Source: an uncultured delta proteobacterium (GTDB lineage Bacteria; Desulfobacterota; Binatia; UTPRO1). Taken from it: a stretch of 64,000 nucleotides of DNA. Below are positions 31,131 through 41,900 of the stretch, piece by piece. Below the pieces are notes generated by a model. It saw only the letters and a list, made by a program, of their open reading frames with translations. It did not search any database and was not told the origin of the DNA. The translations under genes and the position numbers were made by a program. The stretch is taken from positions 3,681,684-3,745,683 of the forward strand of contig CAVXIU010000006.1 of NCBI GenBank assembly GCA_963761995.1, read 5' to 3'. Numbering within the stretch: the stretch's first letter is position 1; every line of letters begins with the position of its first letter.

Positions 31131-31275
31131 GGCGTCGCTTCGCGGGGGCGGTGGGTCGCTTTGGAGCGAGTAGCAACTCGCGTCGTGCGCAAGACGGAGG
31201 AGATCCGGCGGGCTCTAGGCGCTGGGCACCTGGAACCCACGAGCGGAAAAGCGACCCACCGCCCCCGCGAAGCGA
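31131..31275. mobile_element. MITE-like element B: an inverted copy of element A (~85% identical) with ~29-bp terminal inverted repeats.
   Basis: gcgtcgcttcgcgggggcggtgggtcgcttt ... aaagcgacccaccgcccccgcgaagcgac. The internal sequence is the reverse complement of element A (ccgctcgtggg...cgcgagttgctactcgctcc). Confidence 0.45.
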
Positions 31276-31293
31276 CCGTCTTGGCGAGAGTCC

Positions 31294-31743
31294 CTAGCCC
31301 GGGGGCCAGCGCATCTGACGGCCGCCGAGGACGTGCATGTGCAGGTGGTAGACGGTCTGGGCGCCCAGCGGGTTCGTGTTGATCACGACGCGGAAGCCGT
31401 TCTCGGCGACGCCACGGGCCCGCGCCGTGTCGCGCGCGAGCGCGAGCATCTCGGCGAGCAGCTCGGGCGGCGCGTCGAGCAGCGACGGGACGCGCGTCTT
31501 CGCGACCACCAGGACGTGCACCGGCGCCTGGGGATCGATGTCGTCCACCACGAACGCGTGCGCCGATTCCGCGACCCAGCGGTCGGGTGGAATCGACTCG
31601 AACGGGCTCGGCGCGGCCAGCGCCGCGGACTTGCCGCGCGCGAGGTACGATTCGGCCGCTCTCCAGTAGAGCCACCCGAGCGGGTCCGCCTCACCGAGCG
31701 CGAACGCGATCGCGATCACCAGCAGCAGCTTCCGTCGATCCAT
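31294..31743 (-). CDS. HIT family hydrolase with an N-terminal signal/TM segment.
   Basis: Histidine triad HLHMHVLGG, AFVVDDIDPQAPVHVLVV. Confidence 0.75.
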   Translation of the reverse strand: MDRRKLLLVIAIAFALGEADPLGWLYWRAAESYLARGKSAALAAPSPFESIPPDRWVAESAHAFVVDDIDPQAPVHVLVVAKTRVPSLLDAPPELLAEMLALARDTARARGVAENGFRVVINTNPLGAQTVYHLHMHVLGGRQMRWPPG

Positions 31744-33595
31744 CGGATCCCCCTGGACGCGCCCGGGCGAGCGACGCGCCGAGCAGAGCGGCGACGAGCA
31801 GGAGCGGCAGCAGGCTCCATCGGCTCTCCGGAACGATCAGCTCGCCCGCGTTCAGCGAGTTCGCGCGCGCGAAGCGGCTGCCCGCGGGCGTCAGCCGGAA
31901 GAAGCCGCCCTCGTAGATGCCGATCGGATTCGCCGACACCGGTCCCCACACGCCGGCGAGTGGAATGCGGACGGGATCGCCGCGCGCGATCTGGGCGCGG
32001 AGGTCGGCCTCGAGCTGGACTCGCGCTCGCTCCCGCTCCTCGGGCGGGACGCCCCGCGCCTGGGCGCGCCGTTCGGCCCCCGCCAGCAGAAGCTCCACGC
32101 CCTCTTCGAGCATCGGCCACGGTCGGCCGCCCACGAAGAGCGGCACGAGATAGCGTGTCAGCGGGTCGGCGCTCCAGGTCGAATACGGCGTATGGCCCGC
32201 GAGGCTGCGGTCGCCGATCGGGACCTGCGGATCGACGGCCGTCACCAGCAGTTGGATCGCGATCGCGAGCGCGGCGAGGGTCGCGGTGACGAGGCGCCAG
32301 CGCCGCCAGGCGAGCGCGATCGGGAGGGAGAGGAACGGAACGGCCGGTCCGAGGTAGCGTGGGACGGCCGTGTAGCCGCCGTCCCAGCCGTTGAAGCTCG
32401 CGTTCATGAGCATGAGATAGGCGGCGACGAGCCCGATCATCCACGTCCACGCGTGCGGTCCGCCGCCGCGCCAGAGGAGGACCAGCCCCGCGACGCCCAC
32501 GAGCAGGACGGGCGACGTGAAGAAGAGCCCCCGATACGGCGAGAACAGGACGGTCAGCAGCACGTCGAGGCGCGGCACCGCGAAGACTCCGAGGAGCCGA
32601 CTCTCGGCGACGAACATCTGGTTCTGGTAGGCGTAGTTGGTCGTGAACGGCGTCCCGAAGCACGCCCAGTGGTAGGCGCAGACGAGCGCGAGCGGCACGA
32701 GCACCCCGAGCCCGAAGCCGAGCCCGCCGCGCCACCAGCCGGCCCGTACCATCGCGAAGCAGCCGAGCAGCGCGACCAGCGGCGCCATCGCGTAGTTGGT
32801 GATCGCGGCCCAGCCGGCCGCGAGGCCGGCGAGCACGAGCCACCCGAGCGGAGCGAGCGCCAGATCGGTCTCGGCCGGTGCCGCGCGGGCACGTTCGATC
32901 AGGTAGAAGGCCGCGAGCAGGCCGACCGCGATCACGTTGTGCTCGAAGAGCAGCGTCGCGTGCGGCCAGTGCATGGTCCCGAACGCGAATACCAGCGCGG
33001 TCAGGACCGCGTCGCGCTCGGAGGCGAGCTGGCGTGCCAGGCGCAGCAGCAACACGACCCCGAGCGCGCTCACCAGACCGACGCTCAGCACCGACGCCAG
33101 CCAGGCATTGGCGGTGAGGACCGCGAAGCGGTCGCCGTCGAGCCCGAGCGCGAGCTCGATTGCGTGGACGACGGCGTAGCCCGGGACGGCGAGGAAGGAC
33201 GTCCCGGGTGCCTTGTTGGGATGGAAGTGACCGTCGTGGTACGCGAGGTCTCCGGAGGCCGCGACCGTCTCGACGGCGACGAGCGGCGCGTCGCCGCGTG
33301 CCTCGGGATCGATCGCCGTCGACTCGCCCTGCATGGTGCGCCACGCGAGCGCCCGCCGGGCGCCGTCGCGCTCGAACACGCCGCGCCGGAGCGGCGCGCG
33401 CGCGAGCGTCCCGTCGGCGACGCGCAACCGGTAGACCAGATAGTCGTCGATGGCGAAGGTCTCCTGCTCGACCATCGCCCGCACCAGCGCGAAGCGCACG
33501 TTCTGGCCCCAGCCGCCACCCTGATGGAACCAGGCGAAGGCGATCAGGGTGAGCACGAAGAGCAGACGCTCGACGCGGGGCGAGACCGCGAGCAT
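31691..33595 (-). CDS. GT39/PMT-like polytopic membrane glycosyltransferase.
   Basis: Start at MLAVSPRVERLLFVL (ATG complement 33593-33595). Twelve or more TM helices. Its 3' end overlaps the HIT start by 53 nt. The longer ORF reaching 34969 is an off-frame overrun. Confidence 0.65.
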   Translation of the reverse strand: MLAVSPRVERLLFVLTLIAFAWFHQGGGWGQNVRFALVRAMVEQETFAIDDYLVYRLRVADGTLARAPLRRGVFERDGARRALAWRTMQGESTAIDPEARGDAPLVAVETVAASGDLAYHDGHFHPNKAPGTSFLAVPGYAVVHAIELALGLDGDRFAVLTANAWLASVLSVGLVSALGVVLLLRLARQLASERDAVLTALVFAFGTMHWPHATLLFEHNVIAVGLLAAFYLIERARAAPAETDLALAPLGWLVLAGLAAGWAAITNYAMAPLVALLGCFAMVRAGWWRGGLGFGLGVLVPLALVCAYHWACFGTPFTTNYAYQNQMFVAESRLLGVFAVPRLDVLLTVLFSPYRGLFFTSPVLLVGVAGLVLLWRGGGPHAWTWMIGLVAAYLMLMNASFNGWDGGYTAVPRYLGPAVPFLSLPIALAWRRWRLVTATLAALAIAIQLLVTAVDPQVPIGDRSLAGHTPYSTWSADPLTRYLVPLFVGGRPWPMLEEGVELLLAGAERRAQARGVPPEERERARVQLEADLRAQIARGDPVRIPLAGVWGPVSANPIGIYEGGFFRLTPAGSRFARANSLNAGELIVPESRWSLLPLLLVAALLGASLARARPGGSDGSTEAAAGDRDRVRAR

Positions 33596-33630
33596 CGCGC
33601 CCGCGTGGGGACCGCGCGCGCCCCTCCCGC

Positions 33631-35271
33631 TCACGGCGTCCCCGTCAGGCGTCGGACGTCGTCGGCGCTGACGTCGAAGACGTAGATCGAGCGGCCGATG
33701 CGCGCGCTCGGCTGCAGTCGGTCGAGCCACGACCAGGCACCGGCACGTACGCCCTGGATGCGCGGACCGGGGTAAGTGATCGCGTACCCGTAGCCGGCGA
33801 GGAAGTTCGCGCTCACGGCGCAGCGTCCGGGGGCCGGCGCGCTCGGCGGCAGGGTGTACTCGATGCCGTAGAGCGCCGGGTCGACGTGCCCGAAGTAGCC
33901 GAGGCAGATCCGGTCGAGGTGATTGGCGTCGAGGTAGTCCTTGACCCGCCCCAGGTCCTGGCCCCAATCGAGGTTCGAGTCGAGGAGCCAGCGACGGCCG
34001 GAGTCGCCCGGCCCGGCGAGCGCGTTGAAGTACGCGAGGTGGTGCGGTGCCGTCACCGCGCACGCGACCAGCTGCCATCCCACCAGGACCCCGACGGCGA
34101 GGGCGCCACGACGCCCTGTCCGCATGAGCGCCTCGGCGCCGACGCCCGCGAGCAGGAGCAGGAACGGCATGGCGGGCAGCAGATAGCGCACCCCGTAGTT
34201 TTTCCCGAAGTGGAACGACAGGACGTACAGAAGAAAAAGCGGTGGCAGCACGACCCAGAGATCGGCGCGCAGCCTGCGGCGCGCCACCACGACGGCGCCG
34301 ACCGCCGTGAGCGCGATCGTCGGGAGCGGCGTCTTCAGCAGGAAGGCGACCGCGAAATAGTACCACCAGCCCGTCTGTGACCAGGTGCCGTGGAGGAAGG
34401 CGGGAAACTCGCCGGCGCTGCTCGCGAGCGACTGGAAGCGGATGCCCTCGAGCACCGGCCCGGGAAGTGGGAAGCCCGAGAACTGGTAGACCGCGAGCAC
34501 GGCGACCCACGCCGTGACGGCGATCACTACCATCCCGTCGGCCAGGCGGAGCCAGCCCTCGCGGTCCCACGCCCGCCAGCCGACGGCCGCGAGCACGGGC
34601 ACGAGCGGCAGGAAGACCAGCGTGACCCCTTTGGCGGCGACCCCGAGACCGAAGAGCACGCCGCTCGTCGCGGCCCACGGCCGGAGCCCGGTCGCGGCGA
34701 AGCGCTGGAGGGCGAAGAAGGCCGCGAAGATCAACGCCGTGACGCCGACGTCGAGGGTGGCGAGCGCGCTGTGAGCGAGGATGGTCGGGCTCGAGCAGTA
34801 GAGCGCCAGCACCGCGAGCGCCGCGAGCGGCGGGACGGGCGCCCGCGCCCAGCGCCACAGCACGAGGCCGGTCGCGACGCCGATCGCCAGCACCACCAGA
34901 CGGGCCGCGAAGAAGGCGTCGAGGTAGCGCGCGCGGTTCAGCTCCATGAAGCGGGTGCCGAAGATCCATGGACCCCAGCCGGTGCGGTCGTCGCGCCAGC
35001 GCGGGTCGCGGTCGAGCGCGAGGCCCATCGCCAGGAGCGGCAGCGCGCTCGCCATCTTGAGGAGCGGCGGATTGGTCGGATCGAAGCCGAGGTCACCCGT
35101 CGCGAGGTGGTAGTAGCCGGCCGGCACGTACACGAACTCGTCGACGGTCGGGGTGTGCGTGCGCGCCGCCAGCACGCCGTTCGCGACGAAGAAGGCGAGC
35201 AGCAGCGCGACCGCCACGCGCTCGCGTCCCGGCGTCAGGACCGCTCCGTGCTGGTCGGCCGGGGCGCGCAA
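33631..35271 (-). CDS. ArnT/GT39-like membrane glycosyltransferase.
   Basis: 546 aa with an N-terminal GT-C style DEF..P loop and about 11 TM helices. Confidence 0.75.
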   Translation of the reverse strand: MRAPADQHGAVLTPGRERVAVALLLAFFVANGVLAARTHTPTVDEFVYVPAGYYHLATGDLGFDPTNPPLLKMASALPLLAMGLALDRDPRWRDDRTGWGPWIFGTRFMELNRARYLDAFFAARLVVLAIGVATGLVLWRWARAPVPPLAALAVLALYCSSPTILAHSALATLDVGVTALIFAAFFALQRFAATGLRPWAATSGVLFGLGVAAKGVTLVFLPLVPVLAAVGWRAWDREGWLRLADGMVVIAVTAWVAVLAVYQFSGFPLPGPVLEGIRFQSLASSAGEFPAFLHGTWSQTGWWYYFAVAFLLKTPLPTIALTAVGAVVVARRRLRADLWVVLPPLFLLYVLSFHFGKNYGVRYLLPAMPFLLLLAGVGAEALMRTGRRGALAVGVLVGWQLVACAVTAPHHLAYFNALAGPGDSGRRWLLDSNLDWGQDLGRVKDYLDANHLDRICLGYFGHVDPALYGIEYTLPPSAPAPGRCAVSANFLAGYGYAITYPGPRIQGVRAGAWSWLDRLQPSARIGRSIYVFDVSADDVRRLTGTP

Positions 35272-35277
35272 TGCGCG

Positions 35278-36129
35278 TCAGCAGCCCCAGTCGCGCGCGT
35301 AGCGGAAATCCCGATCGATGGTGCGCGCCGAGACCTTGGCGATCACCGGCAGGCGGCGCTTGAACTGCGAGCGCTGCACCATCCCGCGGATGCGGGCCAC
35401 GAACTCGGGCGTGAAGCCGGCGGCGAAGAGCTCCTCGTCCTCGAAGCGCTCGTCGATCATCAGATAGAGGAGCCGGTCGACCTCGCGGTACTCGAACCCG
35501 AGCTCGTGCTCGTCGGTCTGCCCCTGCCAGAGATCGGCCGAGGGCTGCTTCTCGACGATCGGCGCCGGCACCCCGACCGCCGCGGCGAGCGCCCACACCT
35601 GGGTCTTGTAGAGGTCGCCGATGGGATTCAGCGCCGACGCCATGTCGCCGTGCAGGGTGCCGTAGCCGAGGAGGAGCTCGGTCTTGTTGCTGGTGCCGAG
35701 GACGAGCCCCTGCCACGAGGCCGAGTGGTCGTAGAGGATGGTCATGCGCTCGCGTGCCATCTTGTTGCCGCGTCGAAGGGGAGAGGCGTCGGGAAAACGC
35801 TCGAAATAGGCATCGATCTGCGGCGTGATCTCGATGGTCTCGCTGGCGATGCCGGTCGCTTGCATCACCAGCTCGGCGTGCGCGAGGCTCTCGGGGCTCG
35901 AGGCGCGATAGGGCATGCGGATGCCGAGGACGTTCTGCGGCCCGAGGGCCTCGGCGGCGAGAAAGGCCGCGAGGGCGGAGTCGACGCCGCCGGAGAGCCC
36001 GAGCACGACCCGCTCGACGCCGACCTTGCGGACCTCGTTGGCGACGAACGCGACCAGGATGCGGCGAAGAACCGGCGCGTTGATCGGGATCGCCGGCGGC
36101 GGCGCGGCGCTCGGTCGGGCGACGCTCAC
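35278..36129 (-). CDS. nadE: NH3-dependent NAD+ synthetase.
   Basis: PP-loop SGGVDS plus NadE motifs. Confidence 0.9.
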   Translation of the reverse strand: MSVARPSAAPPPAIPINAPVLRRILVAFVANEVRKVGVERVVLGLSGGVDSALAAFLAAEALGPQNVLGIRMPYRASSPESLAHAELVMQATGIASETIEITPQIDAYFERFPDASPLRRGNKMARERMTILYDHSASWQGLVLGTSNKTELLLGYGTLHGDMASALNPIGDLYKTQVWALAAAVGVPAPIVEKQPSADLWQGQTDEHELGFEYREVDRLLYLMIDERFEDEELFAAGFTPEFVARIRGMVQRSQFKRRLPVIAKVSARTIDRDFRYARDWGC

Positions 36130-37090
36130 CGACGGGGTGCCGCCTTGCGTGCCTTGCCGCGCGCTGCCGACGGGCGTGCGCGCGTCGCCTTGGCGGCGAC
36201 CGCCGGTCGCGTCGGCAGCGGCTTCACGAGGCCGGCGGGCTCGCGGCCGCGGATACGGGTCAGCTCGTTGATGGTGAGGTCGAGATTCTCGTCGCGCAAC
36301 ATCGGCGCCGCGATGCGCTTCCGGCGGACCGCGCCGAGCGAGATCTCGGCGGCGATCATGTCGGGCTCGTAGTAGGCCGCGCGCGCCAGGGTCTCTCCGC
36401 TGGGGCCGAGGATTTCGGAGCCCCCCAGAACCCGACGCCGTCCTCGAAGCCGACCCGATTCGCGTACACGAGATTCAGCCCGTACGACTCGGCGGTGAAG
36501 GCATTGGCGCGCTGCCAGTAGGCCGCGTTCTCCGGAAGCTCGCCGCGCTCGAGCCCCCAGATCGGGCTCGCCGACGGCACGATCAGGGTGAGCGCCCGGT
36601 CCATGGCGGCGATGTACGCGGTGGAGGGGTGCCAGAGGTCCTCGCAGAGCAAGAGCGCGCTCCGCCCGAAGCGGCAGTCGAACGCCGCGACGCGCTCGCC
36701 CCGTGCCAGGTAGCGGAGCTCGTCGAAGAGGCCGTAGGTGGGGAGATAGACCTTGCGGTGCACGTGGCGGAGCTCGCCGCCGTCGAAGAACATGGCGGCG
36801 TTGTAGAAGCGGTACTCCGGCGTCTCCTCGACCGCCCCGGCCACGAAGGCGACGGTCTCGCGGCTGAGCGCCTTCAAGCGGCGGAGCGCCGGCGCGTCGG
36901 GCCCGAGCGCCACGGTCGAGACCATGTCCTTCAGGAAGTACCCGGTGAGGCTCAGCTCCGGAAAGATCAGCAGGTCGATGCCGCGGCCCTTGGCCTCGCG
37001 GAGCTGGCGCTCGTACTCGGCGAGGTTGGCGGCGACGTCGCCGAGACGAGGGCTCATCTGCGCGACGCCGACGGTGAAGGACGCGGGCAT
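36126..37090 (-). CDS. Carbon-nitrogen hydrolase (nitrilase superfamily, the NadE glutaminase-type partner). It carries a -1 frameshift in a G6 homopolymer at ~36425.
   Basis: Catalytic E (FPELSLTGY) and C ([10 protein letters not shown]) are present. The frame switches at ...GVGFWGG|SEILGPSGE... within gttctgggggg, consistent with either a homopolymer miscall or a true mutation. Confidence 0.7.
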
Positions 37091-37173
37091 GGTCAGCGGA
37101 TTGTCCCGTAGGGCTTGCCCAAAGACAAGGCACGCCTCGCCCGCCGCCCCGCGGCGCGATAGGCTCCGCGCGC

Positions 37174-38067
37174 GTGGGTGACGGACCCGAGCGCCGCGAG
37201 GCATCGACCGAAGACGGCGTTGCCCCGCGACCGGTGCGGCTCGGCAAGCGCGTCCGGCGCGGGCTCGCGGCGCGCGCGATCGGCATCGCGGCGATCGTGC
37301 TGCCGCGGCTCTACATGGCCTACATGTGGCTGGTGCGGGTCACCTCGCGCCACGACGCGCAGCGGCTCGACGACGTGCTCTTCGCCGCCGCCGAGCGCCA
37401 CGATCGGGCGGTCGCCGCGCTCTGGCACCAGGAGGTCTTTTCCGTCGCCTACAACTACCGCCATTTCCACGGCCACACGCTCGCGAGCGTCAGCGACTTC
37501 GGCGAGGTCATCAGCGCAATGCTCCGGCTCTGCAACTTCGTCGTATTCCGCGGCGGCTCGGGCTCGAAGTCGCGCCGCCGTGACGTGCTCGGCGACTTGA
37601 TCGAGCACATGCAGACGACACCGCGCGTGATCTACGGCCTCACCGTCGACGGCTCGCAAGGCCCCGTCTACCGCATGAAGCCGGGCTGCGTCGCGATCGC
37701 GCGCGCCTGCCGGGCGCCGATCGTGCTGGTGCGGACGTGTTACCGGCGCGGCATCATGCTGGCGAGCTGGGACCGCACGCAGATCCCTCTCCCCTGCAAT
37801 CGCCGCGTCACGCTCGCGAGCGGCCCGTACTGGATCCCGCCCGACGCCGACGCGGACGCCTGCGAGGCCTTTCGCGCCCACCTCGAGAACGAGCTGCTCG
37901 AGCTGACGGCCCGCGTGGCCGAGCAGCTCCTGGGCGACCGCGGCCCGTACTGGGGATTTCCCGAAGGCTGGACGGCGCGCTGGCCGCCGGGCCGCCTCGG
38001 CACGCCCCACGGCCCGCACGACCTCCGCCCCGACGACCCGCCGCCGTGGGCCAACCGGCCGGCCTGA
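37174..38067 (+). CDS. Lysophospholipid acyltransferase-like (DUF374-type) protein.
   Basis: GTG start, 297 aa with an N-terminal TM helix. The product call rests on weak recalled similarity. Confidence 0.5.
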   Translation: MGDGPERREASTEDGVAPRPVRLGKRVRRGLAARAIGIAAIVLPRLYMAYMWLVRVTSRHDAQRLDDVLFAAAERHDRAVAALWHQEVFSVAYNYRHFHGHTLASVSDFGEVISAMLRLCNFVVFRGGSGSKSRRRDVLGDLIEHMQTTPRVIYGLTVDGSQGPVYRMKPGCVAIARACRAPIVLVRTCYRRGIMLASWDRTQIPLPCNRRVTLASGPYWIPPDADADACEAFRAHLENELLELTARVAEQLLGDRGPYWGFPEGWTARWPPGRLGTPHGPHDLRPDDPPPWANRPA

Positions 38068-38131
38068 AGGCATTTCCCGAGCGGTGATTTGCCCTTGCAC
38101 GCCCGGCCCCCTCACTCTAAACACCTCCGTC

Positions 38132-38755
38132 GTGACCTCACGTCTATTGATTCGGGTCGCCGGCCTCGTCTTGGCCGTCGGCGTCGTCTGGTACATCACC
38201 CATCTGAACGCCGAGCTGTCCCGCATGCGCACCGCCACCCCGGCGGCGCCCGCGGCCGCTCCCGCGGCGCCGGCCGCTCCCGCCGCGCCCGTCGCCGGAG
38301 CGGCAGGCAGCACCGCTCCTCGCACGCTCACCCCCGAGCAGCGCGAGGCGATGATCGCGCGCCTCACCTCCTCCACCGACGGCAGCACCACGACCGGACA
38401 GCCGGTCTGGTTCGCGACGGTGCCGAACAACCCCGAGGCGGCCGCCTTCCAGAAGACGCTCCAGAGCGTGTTCGAGGATGCCGGGTGGAAGGTGCAGGGC
38501 AATGCCCCGATCCGCTTCCCGATGAAGGCCGGCATCTACGTGTTCGCGGCCGACGAGGATCCGCCCGGATACCTGTCGCAAGTGAACGACGCCTTCGAGG
38601 CCGCCGGGCTCCCCATCACCTCGGGGCGAGGCTACCGCGAGTTCGCGCGCCAGAAGAAAGAGGAGAACCCGTCTTGGGTCGGCCTCGAGCTCGGCCCGGA
38701 CGAGGTCTACGTCATCGCCGTCGGACGACGCCCCGAACCCGACCCGGCGTCGTAG
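38132..38755 (+). CDS. Hypothetical membrane-anchored protein with an Ala/Pro-rich linker.
   Basis: GTG start, one TM helix, (PAA)n linker, globular C-terminus. Structured repeat copy 2 follows the stop. Confidence 0.5.
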   Translation: MTSRLLIRVAGLVLAVGVVWYITHLNAELSRMRTATPAAPAAAPAAPAAPAAPVAGAAGSTAPRTLTPEQREAMIARLTSSTDGSTTTGQPVWFATVPNNPEAAAFQKTLQSVFEDAGWKVQGNAPIRFPMKAGIYVFAADEDPPGYLSQVNDAFEAAGLPITSGRGYREFARQKKEENPSWVGLELGPDEVYVIAVGRRPEPDPAS

Positions 38756-38757
38756 TT

Positions 38758-38860
38758 CAAAAGGGGGATCTCTCCCCCTTCGCCGCCGCGGCAAAGCCGC
38801 GTCAGCTCATCCCCCGGCTCGCTCGCGCTCGGCCGCGCGCTTTCGCGCGCGGAGGCCGAA
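38758..38860. repeat. Structured intergenic element, copy 2 of 3.
   Basis: Hairpins gggggaTCTCtccccc, cgcggcAAAgccgcg and ggccgcgcgcTTTcgcgcgcggaggcc. Confidence 0.55.
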
Positions 38861-38932
38861 TCCTCTTGGGGTCTGGTTCCGAACTCTACGCCGACCGCCC
38901 ACGACACGCCGGAGTCGGATTTACGCCTAACC

Positions 38933-41900
38933 TCACTTGCACTTGATCGTGCCGGGTGGCGCCACGAACGCGCAGGCAGGCGACTGTGGTCCCGGGAAGA
39001 GCGCGTCGCCGCATTGATTGGTGCTCGCGTAGGGCGGATCGAGGATCAGCGTGCCCCGCATGGGCAAGCTCGCCGGTAGCGGATAGCCACCGTTCCGCGC
39101 CTGCACCGAGAACCGGACCTGGCCCGGCACCTTGGTGTTCTTCTTGATGAGGATCTTGGTCACGCCCTCGATGAGCGGGACGCCGCCGCCGAGGTTCTTG
39201 TAGAGGAACGTCGTCCCCTTGCTGTTCGCCTTCCACCCGGCATTCGTCAGCGCGTCGAAGAGACCCGGCGGGATGGCGGCGTCGACGATCGTCGTGCCGG
39301 CGCCGTCGACGAAGATGATGCGCACGCCGTCGCTCGCGGGATCGATCGCCGCCGACGGTACCGTCATGGTGCCCGAGAACTTGAAGCGGTGGTCGCCGAT
39401 CGGCTGCGCCAGCTTCTGCATGCTGAGCTTCGGCTTCACGGCCCGCACGTCGGCGGCGTTGGTGCAGGGATCGCAGGCGTCGCCGAGGCCATCGCCGTCG
39501 CCATCCTCCTGGCCCGGATCGACCACCGTGAGGCACACGTCCTCGAGGTCGCAGGTGCCGTCGCCGTCGCCGTCGGGCTGACCGGTGTCGGCGGGACAGC
39601 CGACGCCGCTTCCAGTGCAGAACTCGGGGACGTCGCAGGTGCCCGCGGTCGGCCGGCACTCGACGCTCGACGATTGCAAGGCGTCGCTCGGGCAGTTGGC
39701 GCCGCCGCTGCAGGTCTCCGCCAGGTCGCAGACGCCGGCCGAGGGACGGCAGGTGACGGCGTTGGTCGCGAACCCGTTCGGCGGACAGACGGACGAGCTG
39801 CCGGTGCAGCTCTCCGCGAGGTCGCAGACGCCCGTCGCCGGGCGGCACGTCACGGCGCTCGACGCGAAGCCGTCGCTCGGGCAGGCGGTCGTGGAGCCGT
39901 CGCAGCTCTCGGCCAGGTCGCAGACGCTCAGCGCCGCGCGACAGACGCTCGAGCTCGACGCCACCGCGTCACTCGGACAGACGTTCGAGCCGCCCGTGCA
40001 CTGCTCGACGGCGTCACATGTCGAGACCGCGGCGCGGCAGACGGTGGACGACGCCGCGAAGCCGTCGCCGGGACAGGCGGCGCTCGACCCGCTGCACTTC
40101 TCGACCGCGTCGCAGGTGGAGACGGCGCCGCGGCAGACCACGGTATTGGCGGCGAAACCGTCGTTCGGACACGTCGCGCTACCGCCGCTGCAGCTCTCGG
40201 CGACGTCGCAGATACCAGTCGCGGCCCGGCACGCCGTCCCGTTCACCACCAAGACGTCGGCCGGACACGACGGGTCGTTGCCGGTGCAGCTCTCGGCCAC
40301 GTCGCAGGAGCCGCCAGCGCCGCGGCAGACGGTCGCCGACGACGCGAACCCGTCCGGGGGGCAGGCGGTGCCGAAACCGGTGCAGGTCTCGGCGACGTCG
40401 CACACGTCGCCCGCGATGCGGCACGGCGTACCGCCGGGCACGACGCCATTCGCCGGACAGTCGCTACTGGAACCGTCGCAACTCTCGACCGCGTCGCAGT
40501 CGTCGATCGCCGGACGGCAGATCGCCGTCGACTTGCCGTCGCTCGGGCAGGCCGCGCCGCCACCGGTGCAGACCTCCCCGTGGTCGCACACGCCGCCCGC
40601 GGGGCGGCATACCGCGCCGTTGGCGGCGAACTGGTTGCTCGGGCAGGCGGCGCTCGAGCCGGTGCAGCTCTCGGCGAGGTCACAGCCGCCCGCAGCCGAG
40701 CGACAGACGGTGGATCCCGACACGAAGCCGTTCGTCGGGCAGGCGCCGCTCGCCCCCGTGCAGGTCTCGGCGACGTCGCAGATCCCGGCCACGGTGCGGC
40801 ACGAGGTGCCGACGGTCACGTACTGACAGCTCGCCGTGCAACACGAGGTCGAGCTGCCGTTGGCCGCGCCCTGATCGCATTGCTCGCCGGCCTCGATTGC
40901 GGCGTTGCCGCAAATGCTCCCCTTGGTGATGACGAGCGTGTCGAACACGGCGTCGTTGTTGTCGATCGACTTCAGGGTGAGCGTGGTGTCGCTGACGATC
41001 CGCACCTCGCTGAACTGGAAGCGCGCGAAGCTGCAGTACTGGCCGTTGACGCCGTTCGAGCAGTTGTTGGCGAGCCAGGGACAGTACTCCTTGGAGTGGA
41101 AGAAGCCCTGGCCGAAGGGGCCGCCGCCGTCGACCTGGGCGGCGCTGTCGAGGCTGGCACCGCCGCCTCCGGTCATGATGTAGCGGGTGGACAGGCCGTC
41201 CGAGCCGCCGGCCCCGCCGATCTGGTAGTGGTCGACGAGCCCCGAGCGCTCGTAGATGTGATCGTGGCCGTCGAAGACGATGTCGACGCCGTGTTGCTCG
41301 AAGATCGGACCCCAGTTGTCGCGCACCGTGTGGTCGCTGCCGATCGAGGCGAAGCCGTTGGCACACGAGTACGGCGTGTGGTGCAGGAACACGAACTTCC
41401 ACTTGCGAGTGGTGGCGGCGAGGTCGGCGGCGAGCCAGCTGTTCTGGAGCGAGACCGCCCCCGGATTGGAATCGAGCACCACGAAGTGGGCGTTGCCGTA
41501 GTCGAACGAGAAGAAGCGCTCCTCCTGGCCCGCCGGCGCGTTCCGCGGCAGCGCGTGCATCTTGATCTCGACCGAGTTCGCCCAGTTACCGGCGCCGACG
41601 TTGTTCAGATCGTGGTTGCCGAGGACCGGAATGAACACCGCGCGCCGCAGGATCTGGTTCTTGAACTGCGAGATGAAGACGTTGTTGTCCCAGTCGGACT
41701 GGGTGCCGTTCTGGTAGGCGTTGTCGCCGACCGTCATCAGGAGCGGCGGGTCGTCGGCGTGGAGGATGTTGCCGAGCTGGCCCTGGGCGCTCGAGCCTTG
41801 GCCCCAGTCGCCGATGACGGTGAAGTAGAGCTCGCTCGGGTCGCTCGTCGCCTTGAAGGTCTGGAAGTAGGTCGTGGCCAGGACCTCGGTGCCGTTGGTG

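Noticed and set aside
30931-31275. Repeated ~25-bp G-rich motifs at ~100-bp spacing were considered as a degenerate CRISPR array.
   Set aside because: The copies are in alternating orientation and resolve into two inverted MITE-like elements with TIRs. They are not direct repeats with unique spacers.
31691-34969. A 1,092-aa ORF spanning two glycosyltransferase genes.
   Set aside because: The N-terminal 457 aa are an off-frame read-through of the 33631-35271 gene. The real start is ATG at 33593-33595.
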